Source: a virus
Length of the DNA stretch: 64,000 nucleotides
IMG/VR virus record: IMGVR_UViG_3300046007_007030
Reading direction: 5' to 3' (one strand)
Below are positions 63,544 through 64,000 of the stretch, piece by piece. Below the pieces are notes generated by a model, which did not search any database, was not told the DNA's origin, and was given only the letters and a program-made list of their open reading frames with translations. Position numbers and translations under genes: made by a program. Every line of letters starts with the position of its first letter. The stretch's first letter is position 1.

Positions 63544-64000
63544 ACCAACATCTTTAACTTATCTTTGAGGGACTGATTAGTCTCTCTACCCATGTCAGTA
63601 CGATCGAACACGGGGCCCTCGAGCAAGTTCTCTTGGGCTCCCTGCTCCACGTCGTAGAACTTCATCTTAGCCCTGTCCACTCCGATCACGAATCGCTTGA
63701 ACTTGTTAGGATCGCCGTATCGATTCTTCAACTGCTTCACCATGATCTGTCCCATGTCGGCCAACTCCTCGGTAGAGATGAGAGCGATCATGAAGTCGGC
63801 CGTGGCAGGCAGACCGAAAGACTCAGAGGTGTCGGTCAGCTCTACGTCCGACGACGAGTAACCAGTACGTGTCGTCTGCGTGGCAGACACGATAGGCAGC
63901 TTGAACTCTACTGCGAGGCCGCGCAACTCCTCGGCGATGCTCTTGATGTAGGTGTAAGAGTTGACGTTAGCGCCAGGCTTTATGCGAGAGCTCGCGCAGA
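63540..64000 (-). CDS. gp41: Replicative helicase gp41 (3' part)
   Basis: NSYTYIKSIAEELRGLAVE...SATQTTR.G..SSD..LTDTSESFGLPATADFM...VKQLKNRY. Confidence 0.95.
   Translation of the reverse strand, partial: CASSRIKPGANVNSYTYIKSIAEELRGLAVEFKLPIVSATQTTRTGYSSSDVELTDTSESFGLPATADFMIALISTEELADMGQIMVKQLKNRYGDPNKFKRFVIGVDRAKMKFYDVEQGAQENLLEGPVFDRTDMGRETNQSLKDKLKMLV

Noticed and set aside
1-64000. Stop-codon reassignment
   Set aside because: Conserved genes are full length in the standard code and end in TAA, TAG or TGA; no suppressor anticodon occurs among the tRNAs.

Overview
A 64-kb segment of a lytic T4-like myovirus genome, probably infecting an alphaproteobacterium (inferred from its circularly permuted two-piece tmRNA). 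Positions 1-33.5 kb are a late tail/baseplate module: tail-fibre-like genes, PAAR, a split VrlC/DUF4815-like wedge protein, gp8/7/6/25/5/53/48, gp4, gp2, gp54, gp26/gp51 and two tape-measure-like proteins carrying peptidoglycan hydrolase domains. A replication/transcription block follows (gp32, gp59, gp33, tmRNA, exonuclease, PhoH, RNase H, glycosyltransferase, glutaredoxin), then an early-promoter cassette region, class II RNR (NrdJ) and primase gp61. After these come a late cluster of probable head-packaged proteins including Dps, a second early region, four tRNA genes and the 3' end of helicase gp41. The most notable observations are: (1) a late operon of His-rich proteins with T4-type capsid-targeting leaders whose cargo domains look like a PD-(D/E)XK nuclease, an RNA-ligase-like enzyme and a pol-beta plus HIGH nucleotidyltransferase, possibly a virion-injected RNA-repair or anti-defence kit; (2) a perfect T-TTT-TTT slippery site that would fuse gp26 to a start-less gp51 by -1 frameshifting; (3) a permuted tmRNA preceded by a degenerate tandem copy of its tRNA-like domain; and (4) a 92-nt long-variable-arm tRNA(UAU). 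All functional calls come from motif recognition by eye, with no database searches.
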